Shown: positions 1 to 13,354 of the stretch, piece by piece
Numbering within the stretch: the stretch's first letter is position 1
How the letters are laid out: every line of letters starts with the position of its first letter
NCBI GenBank assembly: GCA_043228905.1
Contig: JBHGNT010000010.1
Location: forward strand, 2,604,001 to 2,668,000
Origin: Azolla caroliniana
Lineage: Eukaryota; Plantae; Polypodiophyta
Reading direction: 5' to 3'
Length of the DNA stretch: 64,000 nt
The notes under the pieces: model-generated
What the model saw: only the letters and a program-made list of their open reading frames with translations
The model's database searches: none
Told to the model about the DNA's origin: nothing
Position numbers and translations under genes: made by a program

Positions 1-57
1 GTGTGCAAATACATCTCTGACATTGTAAATAGAATGTCTATGGTCCTAATAACTTAC

Positions 58-1603
58 AATTGGCAAGTTGTTTGAAGATCCTGCATGGAAAGTCCAGATG
101 CTCCGTTTTGATTTTGATTGACTGCATTTTGGTACTTTTGAGTAATCGCAGCTAGCTGTGTGACCTGTAATACCAAATTACTCATTAGAAACATACAAAA
201 ACCTCCGGTATTTTTAGTGGCGTACGTATATTTATTGTGGTTTATTTTTTCAAAGATGAAAATGTTTTAGTAACTACATGATTTGTTTTTTCAAGAGAGA
301 GACACTCCTTAAGGAGTATTAGCAATGTACTTATATTTATTTTGGTTTTTTTTCTCAAAAATGAGACAATAGTTTCAGATACAATCTATCATATGGTGTC
401 ATACAGCATTTTGGCCTCTTCAGAGACGTTAATCAACATAAAAACACAGGCACGCACGCACAAGGGCAAATACATACAAAGGAAAATACACCCATCTTGG
501 TAAAAATCCCCTGTACTCGGAAGCAAACGAACCTGCGATGTGACCTGATCTCACAACTAACAACATGAACGCACACATCATATGTACGTATATATACATA
601 CGACCGCCCATATATATATGTATTATGTATACGTTGTATATACATATATACATATACACACGATCCTGTTTAATGGAGATGCAAAATCCAATTTTCTAAC
701 ATCTGACACAACAGCCATTGGACAACAATAAAAAATCAACGTGTTAACCAATACACTAACAATAGAAATGCTGACGATATATCGTATTTGTATACATATA
801 CACACAACCCTGTTTAATGGAGATGCAGAATCCAAATTTCCAACAGCTGACGCAACAGCCATTAGACAACAATAAAATATTCAACGTGGTGGCCAATACA
901 CTAACAATTGAAATGCTGAAGACATCGTTGTTCAACAGACAAGAATAAAACAGAAAGCAACATGACTAAATGTAAGATTCAAAAATGTCATGAGGCGAGA
1001 AAAGGAGGAACCTGTGGAACAAGCAGTCTCCGAGGTAAAAGCTCCTCATGACCCCGTGCACAAAACTCCCATAAAAGAACCTGCAATTGAAAAATGAGAA
1101 AGTCAAGGAAAAATGTCTCAACAAAATGAGAGCTCAAAAAAAGTAGTAATAGCTGAACATTGTGGATACGCACACACGTGTATGTGGGTGTGTACATAAT
1201 ACAAACCTTGAGTTCTGGAGAGAAGATAATTCGGAGCTGACCTTCCCTAACAACTCGAAGATGTTCAAAGATGCTTTCTTGGATAGCTTTGCCATACTCC
1301 AGCACCATAACACCTGAGCTCAGCTGATATTCATTTGAAATATCAACGAACAGAAGCTCATCCACGATCCCACTGTCATACTTTATCTTGCATAACCGCG
1401 GAAGCACTTCCACGGTAGTTTCTGTCCCATATAAATATCATATACTGATATGAGAACACAAATGGACACACAAAAGTATTCATTAATCAATGCCTATGAA
1501 ACTTACCGAAACCTCTACCTGGCCTTGCACCACAGATCTCACAATGCCAAACGTCCTGAAAGCATCCAATTTTGATAAGTTATTATGTATCAACGAGAGA
1601 GCG

Positions 1604-1646
<43 letters not shown>

Positions 1647-4106
1647 TTTTCACGTTAGTGGGAGACCAATTGCAATCTATTGGATGAGAGAGAGAGAGAG
1701 AGAGATTGAGATTTCAGATAACAAGCTTCCCAAGTTTCTGTAAGAATGCAGATGGGCTCCTAAAATTGGACCAAGCGTATAGACTTCAGGAAGCCAAACT
1801 GACCCAATGCAAAGGACCCTGCATTATTATCATGCATATTTTGGTTCTTTTTTTTCTATTCCTCTTTGTGCAACTTCTTCATTTCTGAACTACCCCATTC
1901 ATTATAAGTTATTACAAGGAAACTACCAGCACGCCACTATATCCCAAGCATGTTTAAGACAAGATGCATATATCCCTTCCGCCTCAAACCCATAAAGACA
2001 TTCTGAGCAAACTGACAATACAGAAATCTTTGTTGTATAACTAGTGCACAGCAAGAGAGCCATTGAATGTGGAAACGTGTACTTATATAAGTAATGGAAG
2101 ATCAAAAACCATGAGAGGTTCTAAATCAGACAAATTTGGCATCATTAGAACCTGTTGGAAGACACCGGTTGGTTGCCTCCCGCTATGCCCGTATTGAGAA
2201 ACACACCAACGTTTCTTTGCCTGAGGTGCAAAAAACTCGCCCACAAATTTCCTCCAGAAGTATATATTATTGTCCTGAAAACAAATGAATACATGTCAAA
2301 CCTCAGATAAATCATTTCAGACAGTAAGTTTAGCCTTATATCATCAGGTATCAAAATGTCATCTTAATTAAAGCTTTTGGAAGCACCAAAAGCCACATCA
2401 GACTGATCATTCGCAAGCATCGACTATCAAAATATGATCCTAATTAAATCTCTTGAGAGCACCAGAGACGAATCATTTTATCAAGAGTGACCTATCTAGC
2501 ATCCATCAGTATCAAAATAAAACATTCTTACCTGAGGACGCTGTCGTTGGTTGAACAAGTATTGCATGAGTCTGCGAGCACATATCCCCGGCTCAAAGAC
2601 AAGAGACTTAGAGGGTCTTGGACTTTGCTGAGGAATTTGAGGCTGAATATGTTGATGATGATGTTGCTGCTGCTGAAGTTGTGATCTTTGCTGATGCAAA
2701 TATCTTTGTTGCTGAACCATATTCATCTGAGCTTGAAACTGCTGTGTTTGTTGTCTATGCAACTGCAGAGCTTCTTGCCTCTGCAAATGAGAGGTAAGAA
2801 AAGACTGCTGAACATTAGGATTACTCTGCATGTGATCTAGATCTGGTTTTGAATCCATATTTGGAAACGGAAGGTGGTGAGGAATTGAAGTCGGGTTCAT
2901 TGATCCAGATCCAGATTGAGGGTGAATTAGTTCTCGTTTCACATTAGTAATAGACTGCTGTTGTTGCAATAATGATGGATCTAGTGAGGCTTCCATCTTC
3001 ACAGAGGAAACCATAGCCTGTGCTTGTTGATTCATTTTCTCTTGTTCCATCTTCACATTCTGTTGTAGTGAAGCTGAAGAAGCCATAGTCTGTGCTTGTT
3101 GAATCATTTGCTCCTGATCCATCTTCGCAGTCTGTTGTAATGAACCAAAAGTCTGACCTTGCTCCATCTTCACAGGAGCTAAGCTCTGAGCAAAAGCTTG
3201 CTGCTGGTTCTGCAAATGAGATATAGAACCGATCCTCTGCACTAGTTGTTGCTGTTGCTGTTGCTGCTGTTGTTTAAGAAGAAGATGATGATGATGTTGG
3301 AAGTCCTTCTGTGTCTGACTGAACTGCTGCGATTCCAGAGGAAATTGCTGCTGACCGTTTGATGGTACCGTGTTTCCTAGGGTTTGTTGCTGTTGTTGAT
3401 GCTGAAGCTCTTGTCTTTCAGCAAGCATTATCGATGAAGATCCATTCTGAGGGTTTACAGAGAAACGTGAGTTGCCACTAGATAAGCCAGGCATACTGTT
3501 TGCAGAAGAGAAGGATCGTGGGGAACCAGCCATGGAAGTTGTAGCTCCTATTCCTGATCCTATTCCTCCTCCTGAGAAGGCCAGAGAATCGCTTAAGCTT
3601 CTCTGCAGTTGCGGTGAGGGAGATTGAGATGTGTTAAGAGAAACAGGTTGCTGTTGCATATTGGCATTTATACTAGCGGGAGAAACCTGTATCCCTCCAT
3701 GGAAACTTGCTGCAGCAGAGTTTCCTGTTGCAGCACCCTGATTCATTATGTTGGAGGTGAGCTTCGCCACATTTCCTGTGCTAAGGTTTAAACCTCCATG
3801 GACATTGAGAATACCTGTTGTGCTGTTGAAGGAGAAAGAACGAGGAGAGGGTGAAGAAGAGGAGGTGAGAGAATGAGGAGGAAAACCTGGAGAAATACCA
3901 GATATACTAACTGAAGGTGTACTGATTATAGATGATACCGAAGGATTAATGCTGGTTTGTGCACTACCGCTATAGCCGAGACTTGATGAATTAGACGAAG
4001 ACGAAGACGGGAAAACAATGTTGTTATTAGCTTGGATTAGTTCATGAACCGCAGAAACAGACGACAGAGAAGGCGTCTCATTCCTGTGGCTACTTGATGA
4101 ATCCAA
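58..4106 (-). CDS. SEU: SEUSS / SEUSS-like (SLK) transcriptional co-regulator with LIM-domain-binding (LDB) dimerisation domain; 5' part only, continues beyond base 1
   Basis: Exons with GT-AG boundaries splice in frame. ~4106-2532: Ser/Gln-rich N-terminus ending GICARRLMQYLFNQRQRPQ. 2274-2152: DNNIYFWRKFVGEFFAPQAKKRWCVS. 1555-1507: DVWHCEICGARPGRGF. 1421-1207: ETTVEVLPRLCKIKYDSG...LRVVREGQLRIIFSPELK. 1080-1012: VLLWEFCARGHEELLPRRLLVPQ. 164-58: VTQLAAITQKYQ. These are the characteristic SEU/SLK motifs. The start codon is uncertain (4106 is TTG; first in-frame ATG is at 3746), and SEU versus SLK is not resolved. Confidence 0.93.
652..928. repeat. Two-copy ~140-bp tandem duplication inside a SEUSS intron
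   Basis: atatacacac..cctgtttaatggagatgca.aatccaa..cagccatt.gacaacaataaaa..caatacactaacaat.gaaatgctga occurs at ~652-783 and ~796-928. Confidence 0.85.
1608..1705. repeat. (GA)n microsatellites in a SEUSS intron
   Basis: GA runs at ~1608-1642 and ~1686-1705. Confidence 0.9.
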
Positions 4107-5079
4107 GGACTGATCCAGCGCAGACGAATGTTTCTTCTTCTCTGACCAAAAGCTACTGATGGAAGGAGGAGATGAAAATGAGGGAAGAATTAGGCTGCGT
4201 TTTCATAATAAAAAACCTGCGCTTCCTTTTCTTCTTGTTCGCGGTCTTCTTTTCTGCGTTTTGCCTATGTAGATATACTGTGGCTATGCATCTCTGCTGC
4301 AGAAGCTCCACATCGTCTCCTTCGTTTGAAAAGAATGCTAAGAAATGTTGGAAGAAGGGAACAGGACCTCCGTGTGAATCTATGGAAACTGAGAAGAATT
4401 TACCGTACCAAGTACGTTCCTGCATATAATACGCGATCTCTCGTAGAGAGAGGGAGGGAGACTGAAAGAATTACAACAGTCGTATCTGTACAGTGGCTAT
4501 GGTGCCTTTAGATCGATATTTTCCCACACAGGAGAAATTTGTTTTCGACAGGTGTACTGTATACAGCTATGGCCTTTGCAGGTTGGAAAGATCGATCCGT
4601 TCATTGCAAAGACATACACGAAAACGACAGCCGTGCAGCTATGACTTCCGCACGCAATTAATTTACACCAGACAGAAGTGCAGATTTGGCGTACTTAGAT
4701 CGATCATTCGCAGACAGAGCGAGCGAGAGAGAAATAAGAGTCGTACAGATATGGCGTTCTTGAAATCCTAAAAGCATCATATCGCTGCAGATGCTGCACA
4801 AAGAAGCTTTTGTCATGAAAATCAGGAGAATTAGACCAGTAGTTCTGTACGAATTTTGCTTATATTCTATCAAGCGAATGAAGATCGGAAGCATTCTGCA
4901 GCTCCATTGAATTCGGCCTTAGCTGAAATTATGGCAGTACGGCAACAAATGACGAATGCGGGGAGCCGCTGATTCCTTTAAATGAAGCTTTGGAAGAGGG
5001 AAGCAGACACAGAAGGAGAGGGAGTACTGATTTCGTGATGAATCGGGAGATCACGAATTTTCTGAGACGGAAGGATTGA

Positions 5080-5272
5080 GAAGGCGATGGCGATGGCGAT
5101 GGCGATGGCGATGGCGAGATAGATGAAATGTTAAAGGGAGGGCGGGTTACAGAGGTGGGGAAGCAGAGCAAGAGAAAAGAAGCTAAGCAAAAGGCAAAAG
5201 CGTGCTCTTCTTTTCTGCTTTACTGCATAAACATGGCTATGGCGGAAGAAAGAGAGAGCAGAAGACACAGAC

Positions 5273-5312
<40 letters not shown>

Positions 5313-5600
5313 TGATGATGGTGGTGACCGGCTGTAATGAGAAGCAGCCGGTTACCGCGTTCCTAAAGCGGCCCCTTTTGACCTGTGACGTCGCCAGCAC
5401 ATCCGGGCCGTCCGATCTGCCGTCCGCCGGATCGCCCTGGGCCGTCGGATCGCCGCCCGCTGCTCGATCACCGGCCCCTCCCTCACCGGCTGTCTCCGGT
5501 CACCCCTCTTCGGATTCCTTCTCCGATTGCTCCCCGCGTGACGTCATCGTCGTCTTCTCCCTTCTTCTTCTTCTTCTTCTTCTTCTTCTTCTTTTTCCGT
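5080..5600 (-). promoter_or_regulatory. Probable 5' UTR and promoter of SEUSS: (CT)n tract on the sense strand, (GGCGAT)n repeat, CpG-rich island with TGACGTC motifs
   Basis: (GA)n at 5281-5309 on the + strand; GGCGAT repeats at ~5082-5118; GC/CpG-rich stretch at 5330-5560 with tgacgtc at ~5387 and ~5539; upstream of the coding exon. TSS not determined. Confidence 0.55.
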
Positions 5601-5880
5601 GTTTTATTTTTTTAATTGTTTTCTCATTTTTTATTTCTTTATTTTATTTTTATTGCATTTTTGTTTTACGTCCATTTGTTTTTTGTTTTTTGTTTTTTGT
5701 TTTTTCCGTTTTTTCTTTGTGTTTTTTTTTTTTGGGGGTTTCTTTTCATTTTCCTCATTTCATTTCTTCGATTTGCTTTATTTCGTCACTTTGTTTTTTA
5801 TTTTTCTCGTCTCATAATTGATTTAATTTTATTTGTTTAATAAACGCTATTATTAAAATCTCTCTCTCTCTCTCTCCTCC
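5560..5880. repeat. (CTT)n followed by a T-rich low-complexity tract
   Basis: Seen directly; explains the spurious Phe/Leu-rich ORFs at 5309-5840. Confidence 0.85.
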
Positions 5881-6134
5881 TTTATGAGCTTTTATTGATG
5901 AACACTTCGCAAAAGAGGCTCTGAATTCTTCTTCATTCTTCTTTTGTTGCTGCTGCTGCAATTTTTGAATTTCCAACTTTCCCGCCCACTAATTCTAAGA
6001 GAGCAAATAATTCTAGAAATTAATCCCTTCATTTTTCTTGCAAATAATTTTGTTGTCTCATCCTCAGGATACATCGATGAAGGAAATCATGGGCACTCTC
6101 AGGGCCACGAGAGACTCCTTAGAACCAGACCAGA

Positions 6135-6540
6135 CGCCTCAACTTATCCGATCAAGTTAACCTTCTCGGCCAAATGCCATTTGCTGGCTGTCGAGCCTTT
6201 TTCTCTTATTTGATCGATAAGAGTCTCTACCAAATGGCAGTTTCCCGATTGTCTAGCCTAATTCTCGCCAATGACATTTCTCGTTTGTTGATAAATGAAT
6301 CAATCACCCACACTCTCGCGGGAAACCTCAACTTCTCTTATCGATATGTGCCTCTGCCAAATGGCATTTCCCGACTATCTAGCCTTTTCCTTGCCAATGA
6401 CATTTCCCAACTATCAATAAACGAATCATCAGCACTTTGTGGGCATGGGATTGCTTAAAACCCAAGTGGAAGCATGAACTTATCCGATCAATAACAATCT
6501 CTGCCATATGACATTTCCCAACTATCTATCCTTTTTCTAG
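6135..6540. repeat. Degenerate ~125-bp tandem repeat (about 3 copies)
   Basis: Recurring caaatggca(g/t)ttcccga.t.tctagcc...gccaatgacatttc and aacttatccgatcaa blocks at ~6141, 6231, 6359 and 6477. Confidence 0.65.
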
Positions 6541-8899
6541 ACGAAATTGTTAGTTTACTACTACACACACACACATTTGTGGTCCCCCTTGTTGCACACT
6601 ACATACACCTCGTGTGTCAACCGGGAAAACTCATGACATCGAACATCATCGGGAAATATAGACGATGCAAACGCACTTCCATCTTCCTAAAAACCTTCAC
6701 TGATCTCTAGTGTCGTATCGTATTCCTAAAAGCTCTTACAAACCTCCAATATTGTGTAGGGAAACCTATTTCGTACATGGGAAAAGTAGTTCAACACGAT
6801 AGAATATTATATAATCCTTTTATGAGTTGAACATCGATATGAGAAGATGTGTGCAATTGTGGGATGAACTCGTAATATGAACACTTGCAAATTGATCCAA
6901 ATCATTAAAAAGTGTCAATACATGGAAACCTTAGTCCAACTTGCTTTTCCAAGAAAAGGAAGAACTTATCATATGTTAAACATCCCTTCTACCTACTAAA
7001 GTATTTACCTAAAAACCATATTGACACGCATTAATGACTTAGGGAAAAGACGAAGTTCCAACTACATATACTTGCTCCCGTTTTGCTACTTGGCACATGC
7101 TTATGAAGTATCTACCAACAATGCCAATAAACGATGCATTGTATTCGGTGGGGACATGAAGAAATGCCACATGTTGAATGAATGCAGTGTTTGAGAAGAA
7201 TGTTTCAAGGTTGGCACATTCTGTGTATGAAAACTAATTTAAGGAGGCATGCTAAGAAGCTCTAAATAAGCAATTTACACCTTTTTATGTTGTTAATTAT
7301 ATCTCTTTCAATTTTTGTGTGATTGTGTATCTTCCAGGTTGCTAGAATGACATGCTACTCCTTTAATATGTCTAGGATAACGCAATTGAGTGGTTGCCAT
7401 AGGGAGGATCAATGGATCACAAATAAGACGTTGACATTTTAATATTCGTATTTTTGGTCAAGTACCACACACATTCTTTTTTGTTTGCTATATTAGCTTA
7501 ATAACATCATTGTAAAGAGGTGTATGACTATCACATTAAGCTTGCGATATTATTGTGAATTGTTGGCCTAAGCAAAATATCATATATGCTCGAAATTGAT
7601 TTGTAGTTTCGCCTTACCAATATTGGCTAGCTACACATGCACATGTGTACATGTATGTTTATGTTGTGTTCTTTTAATTCTTACGATATTTTAATTCTTA
7701 TCATTGTGCACTTTGAAAAAACTCCAATGTGTCCATTAACTGGTTGACAAGTATTCATCACCCCAAGTTTCAACTTTAAGTCTACCTTTTCTAAATTTTA
7801 ACCAATTGTCCAAAGGGTATTGTATGTAATTTACACACATCAAGGGTCTAGGTGTCATGAGGCAAACCTTTTACCATGAATGTAGTCAATGAAACCTCAC
7901 AAACATAAATACCTAGCATTGCATTCACAAACCTATCAATTTCGTCCCATATTGACTCTACCTTAATCTTTGAAGAGATTTCTATTATTATGTTGTGTGC
8001 TTATTGTTAACTTCAAGAAGGACTATCTTTTCATAGCGCAATGATACATGAAGTTATATTCCCTATGGCAACAACATTTCTATAATAATTCTTCGTGGTG
8101 ACAAGTACACGATGTCATGACTGACATGTATAGTGAGCCTTGAGAATGAGTAATGTTTTCTTTCATAGCAAAGAATGTCCATAATAATACATGCACCTAA
8201 ATGTTGACAAGTGTGAGTAGTCTGCGACCAATATGACAATATGCAAGGTTCACCAAAGATTGTGAACAAGAGAAAGAAGAAGCTTCTTCACTTATGGAAA
8301 AAGTTCCCCCTGTTTACAGAGTCAACTCAAGGGCCTCAATGGAACTATCAACTTCCATGGACCCTTTCTTGAATACCAGTGAATCATGGCAGTGCAGCAA
8401 CAAATTCCAACACCTTTTACAAAGTCCTATCTTTTGCCTTAGGATTACTGTACATCATTGTACATGAAAAATTGTAAGCTTTTGAGCAAACAAGCTCAAG
8501 TTGTAGCATTCAGATGTTTTTTCTTAATACTACTAAAGAAAATCTTTGAGGAAAAAAGAAGAAGTGTGAGTATGCTTTCATTAAATTAAATGACAATCCA
8601 ACATGGATTTTCATTTTCATTGTATAAGTAAGAGGGTACTAGCGGAGCCAAACTTAGGACATGTATGTGTTCGTCTATATTCTCATAAATAAAACTTAAT
8701 ATGTTGAACACCATATTCTCAAATGCATGGCATCCAAGGTGTGACAACAACAATAAGCGAGGGTTAAGGATGAAGTAATTATGCATCAACCCAATGACAA
8801 AGCACAATATGATGATCATAGACTATAACAACACTTGGCAAAAGGACTCTAAGCAATGTGTAGAGGGCTCACAAGCAATAACATAAAGTAGAGCATTTT

Positions 8900-11800
8900 C
8901 ACATGCAAATACTACAAATAAGTGCAGATTTTGTGTGTTATGGGATACAAATCGTAAGAGACCAGGATGGGTGCATATGAACACACCTGGTATGAAAAGA
9001 CTTTGTTTTAAATTGAAGTGGGAAACATTTGTAGGTCATTGTTTTGGATGTGGTGGATGGGGTCACTTTATGGCGGAATGTCATCGTCATTGTCCTTCAA
9101 CTTTGGAGGTTCCTAATGAAGGGAATGGTAAAGAAGGAGTTGAGAGAGATGTTGGAGTGCCAGATATTGTGGTTACAATTATGGATAAAGGAACATCTCT
9201 TAGAGTTGGTGATAAAGAGACCTCACTTCGAGGTTTGGGCCATAAGAATAAGAGAACTCAATCTATGGGTATGCTTAAAGGTAAGGGGAAAAAACAACTG
9301 GATATGACTGGTATTGATGTTGTTGTTGATGAAGATTGGCATAAGGTTAAGGGCACGTAATAGTTTTCCCACTAAAGGTAATTCAGGAACTAGGGAGGGT
9401 CGTCGAAAAGTTCCTTAGCAACGACAATTTAGGGATAAGGGATAAGGTATTACCCCTTCACATTCAATTTGATTCATTGGGACGAGCTGTAAATTCATCG
9501 AATTCTCAAGGTTTTCTTCAAGCGGGAGGACCTAAACAAAATATTTCGATAGATAATACTAAGGGTGTGGTGCATGAAAATCCATATGCAGCATTGGAAC
9601 ATGCTTTGACTAGTTTCATGACATCGGTTACTCTAAAAGAGCAAGTGCACCCATAACATTGTTGATTGAATGAAAGTGGTAGCATGGAATGTGAGAGGGC
9701 CATGTTCTCCTCATATGAAGTATATATTATGGGAAACTTTGTTAAGTAAAGAATGGGATGTATTATGTGTAGTTGAGCATAAGTGTCATGAGTTAGTTGA
9801 ATCCACAGTTCATTTGTGTGGATATTCATAAGTTTGCAACACATCTTAATAATCATTATTCAGGTGTGGTATTAATCGTGCAGGATAAATATTATCCTCA
9901 AGTGGTGCATAATGATCCTTATGGTCGGTTTTTGGTTCTAGAAATCACGTTTTTTGGCGAGGTTGTGTGGGTGGTTGGGATTTATGCCCATAACCAAGCC
10001 ACTCAACGTATTGCATTATGGGGCTCACTCCTTCAAACCCTATGTGTAGGCCGTCCATGATTAAGTCTTTTGGGTGATTTTAACATGTGTGTTGATGCAT
10101 CTCAATCTACATCTGAACATTCAAGCATGGATGATCCAGAGCAACTTGCATGGGATTCATTGGCTATGGAGGTTTTGAAGTTGGATGGTTGCATGGGAAT
10201 GATCCAGGTTTTACCTTCCAATCTGCTCAACATAGACAAACATGGAGTCGATTAGATAGAATGTATGTGATGCATGATGATTCTTTTTTACTGACATCAC
10301 TTCGTATGACAGTTCTACAAGATGTTGGAACTTCAGATCACTTTCCTATTTGTTTGGAGGTTTGTAGTCATGCAATTGACATGTATAAATCCTTACTTGG
10401 AAAGCCTCCATTACGCTTTAAATCTTCTCTTTTTCTTCAACCTCACCTTGATTCTCTCATGGAGCAAATTTTGGTAATTTTTTCACAACAAGTGAATCTT
10501 AAAGGAGTTAAAGCATGGGATATCACGTTACGAAACATTAAGATCATTCATCGTATGTATGGAGTAACTAATGCTCAATGAAGAAGAGGTCTTCTTCGAC
10601 AATTCTCACAAGTTCTCTCCAGGTGTAATGCATTATTGATATATGCACCATTAGACGAGGAACTTTTGGATATCCAGAGTCAATTGCATGTTATTATTTC
10701 TTAGTTGCAATGCCAAAGTTATTGTTATGCTAAGATGCAACAACTCAGGGATGGGCTCATAGATAATTAATGTCAATCTCATTTGTTTTTCCAAGCGTTA
10801 CATCCTACTTATGCTCGATCTAATGTGGTACATGTGAAGCAAGGGGATGAATTGATATTGGATCCTACTACAATAATTGACATATGTATTCATTACTTTA
10901 AGGAGTTGATTGGTCCACAATTGTGCATGACAAATGAGATGAGTGGAGCACGTCATGACTTTTATGATGTGGTTGGATGTATTGTGCATGACCTCATTAG
11001 GCATGAATTGGATGCGGATTTCATTGAGGATGAGGTGGACACGGTTTTAAGGCATCTTCCTAGTGGTAAGAGCCTTGGTTGGGATGGCTTGACAAATAAA
11101 GTTTTTAAGCGATATTCAAACATTTTAAATGGGCCCTTAACTTTGATGTTTCAACATTCTTGGGATTCTGGTTGTATGCCTCAAGCTTGGAGGGTTGGTC
11201 TAATTAAATTAGTTCCAAAGGCGACATCTCCCAAGTCATTTCATCAATGGAGACCTATTTCTTTAATAGGGGGGCGTGTATAAGATATTTACAAAGGTAT
11301 TGGCAAATAGATTACAAAAGTATTTTCCAATGTTGATACATCTCGCCCAATCTGGTATTTTTGCAGGTAGGAATATATTGTATAATGTGTTGAATGTTCA
11401 AATGACCATGGATTATGCTTGAAACACTCATCAAGAGATGATTACAGTGCAATTAGATTTGGAGAAAGCTTATGATAATGTTAATTGGTCCTTTGTTCCT
11501 GGGTTAATGCATACAATGGGCTTTAGACCTCGTGTGTCTCACCTCATATTTTTATTAGGACAAGATGAAGTGTCTTGAGTAATGCTTAATAGGGGAGTTA
11601 CATAAGATATCACCCTCATATGATCCATACATCAAGGATGCCCACTTAGCCCATTGTTATTTGCTATTGTTACTCATCCCTTTTTAGTGATGTTATCAAG
11701 GCTTGGAACAAATGGTGACATCGTGGGTCTATAACTTCCATCTAGAGGGCAACGATAGCACAAGCTTTGGCTGATAATTCTTTCATGTTTTTACAAGCCT

Positions 11801-12470
11801 CACGAGAGAATCTTGAGAAGGGAATGCTTGTATGGAACCAATTTGCATTGGCTTCTGGATTACATATTAATTGGAGGAAGTCTAGTCTCATATCATGTAT
11901 TGAAAGGGATTTGGAATGTTTAGGATGGCAAGGATCAGTGGTGAAGAAAGACTCTATTTTTCGACACTTGGGCTATCCATTAGGAATAAATGTTACAAAT
12001 TGTCAATTGATTGAATGGATGTCTAGTAAGTTGAGAAATAAGTTCATGTACTGGAAGTCACAATCTTGGCCATTTCATGTACGCTTGAAGGTTGTACAAT
12101 GTATTACGAAACCCATGATATTATATTACTTGCCATTGTTGCCATGGACAAAGAAGGCTTTGGATTCTGTTTTGCAACCTCTTCGATATTTGTTGTGGAA
12201 GAAGAAGGATAAGATGGGAATCACATTGGTTGTGTGGAATCATCTAGCAACCCTTAAGCGCTTGGGGGGAGTTGGAATATTGAACTTATCTATGCATATG
12301 ACTCTTGGATTTTCATTATTACAAGACATGTGTTCAAACTCACAACCATGCATATATATTGTTCAATATTTCATTGAGAGCAACAATTTAACACATGGGA
12401 GGACAACGATTAAGGCTTGATGGTGGCAATTACCGAATGGATGTATTTCACTTAGGATTCCGGGCTCTTC
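8900..12470 (+). mobile_element. Degenerate L1-clade LINE (ORF1 zinc knuckle; ORF2 endonuclease and RT), 3' truncated
   Basis: CFGCGGWGHFMAEC knuckle (~9040). APE endonuclease motifs GDFN, SRLDR, SDH (10070-10350). RT motifs WRPISL, LDLEKAYD, QGCPLSP, ADNS, LGYPLG (11250-12000). Many stops and frameshifts. Confidence 0.9.
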
Positions 12471-13064
12471 ATGTGGCATGACACCCATTTTTGTCTGAAA
12501 GACTAAGTCTAATGGTTTTCCTATGTCGAACAACTTTTCATTACTCTGTCAGTGTCGATCAACAAAGGCCTTCATTTTCATCTATTTCTACTCCAGATGC
12601 CACATTGATTGTAGCCGACTTTCTTCTAGCGTTGTAGGAGTAGTTTTGGTTCGTGCGGCGAAGTCGCAGAGACCAAGGTTAAAGGGAGTTGGCTATATAT
12701 TTTATAAGGCTTTGTGCATTGATGTTAGGAAGATTAAGGATAAGAAGAATAAGAGTTAAAAGTATTGTGTGACAAAGAGACGAGCATAGATTAGAGACAA
12801 AGATAATGTATGACTTAAGAAGTAATAGTATATGATATTAACATGATTTATATTAAGAAGATAAAATTTTACCACAAAGATTAAGGATAATAGGAATAAA
12901 AGTTGAAAGTAATGTACGAGAGAGAGACGAGCAAGGATGAGAGATAGAGACAATGTATGATTGAAGAGGTAAGCAAATAAGATAAGAATATGTATTATAT
13001 TGAAAACCCAAAATTTTACCAAAGTTACAATGTTGATCACAAGATGCGACTTTTCTTTTGTTGA

Positions 13065-13125
13065 AATGTAGATTTGAACTCTTGACTCCTACTTCGAAAC
13101 ACGAGCCTTTTCTCCAAATGAGCTA
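13065..13125 (-). promoter_or_regulatory. tRNA-like box A/box B cassette 1 in LTR J
   Basis: Minus strand TAGCTCATTTGG...GAGTTCAAATC; 47 nt from the box A T to the T-loop T, a tRNA-like spacing. No acceptor stem, so not a tRNA gene. Confidence 0.6.
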
Positions 13126-13314
13126 ATTGATTTGTTTAATTATTATTCTCTAAATTTCCCTTGATTTTCCTGTTGTTTTCCTTGCCCCTCTTTATATAAG
13201 TGTTGCCATGCATATGGTGATGCATGATAGCCATCATGCTCAATTGAGCTCCCATGTATGAAAATAGATATGGCATAAGTATAATGATGAAAATGCATTC
13301 TAAAATAACTAACT

Positions 13315-13354
13315 TAGCTAAGTGGTGTATCCTTTGGGTTTGGTACATAAGGTT
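13315..13354 (+). promoter_or_regulatory. tRNA-like cassette 2 in LTR J: box A half (its T-arm/box B half is at 35421-35437, separated by element A)
   Basis: TAGCTAAGTGG at 13315. After removing A, a perfect T-arm GAGAG-TTCAAGT-CTCTC follows at 45-nt spacing. Confidence 0.7.

Noticed and set aside
5309-5840. Hydrophobic, membrane-protein-like ORFs
   Set aside because: Products of (CTT)n and T-rich low-complexity sequence.
7000-8900. Short ORFs in the AT-rich intergenic region
   Set aside because: No recognisable motifs or splice structure; possibly very old TE debris, but I cannot support that.
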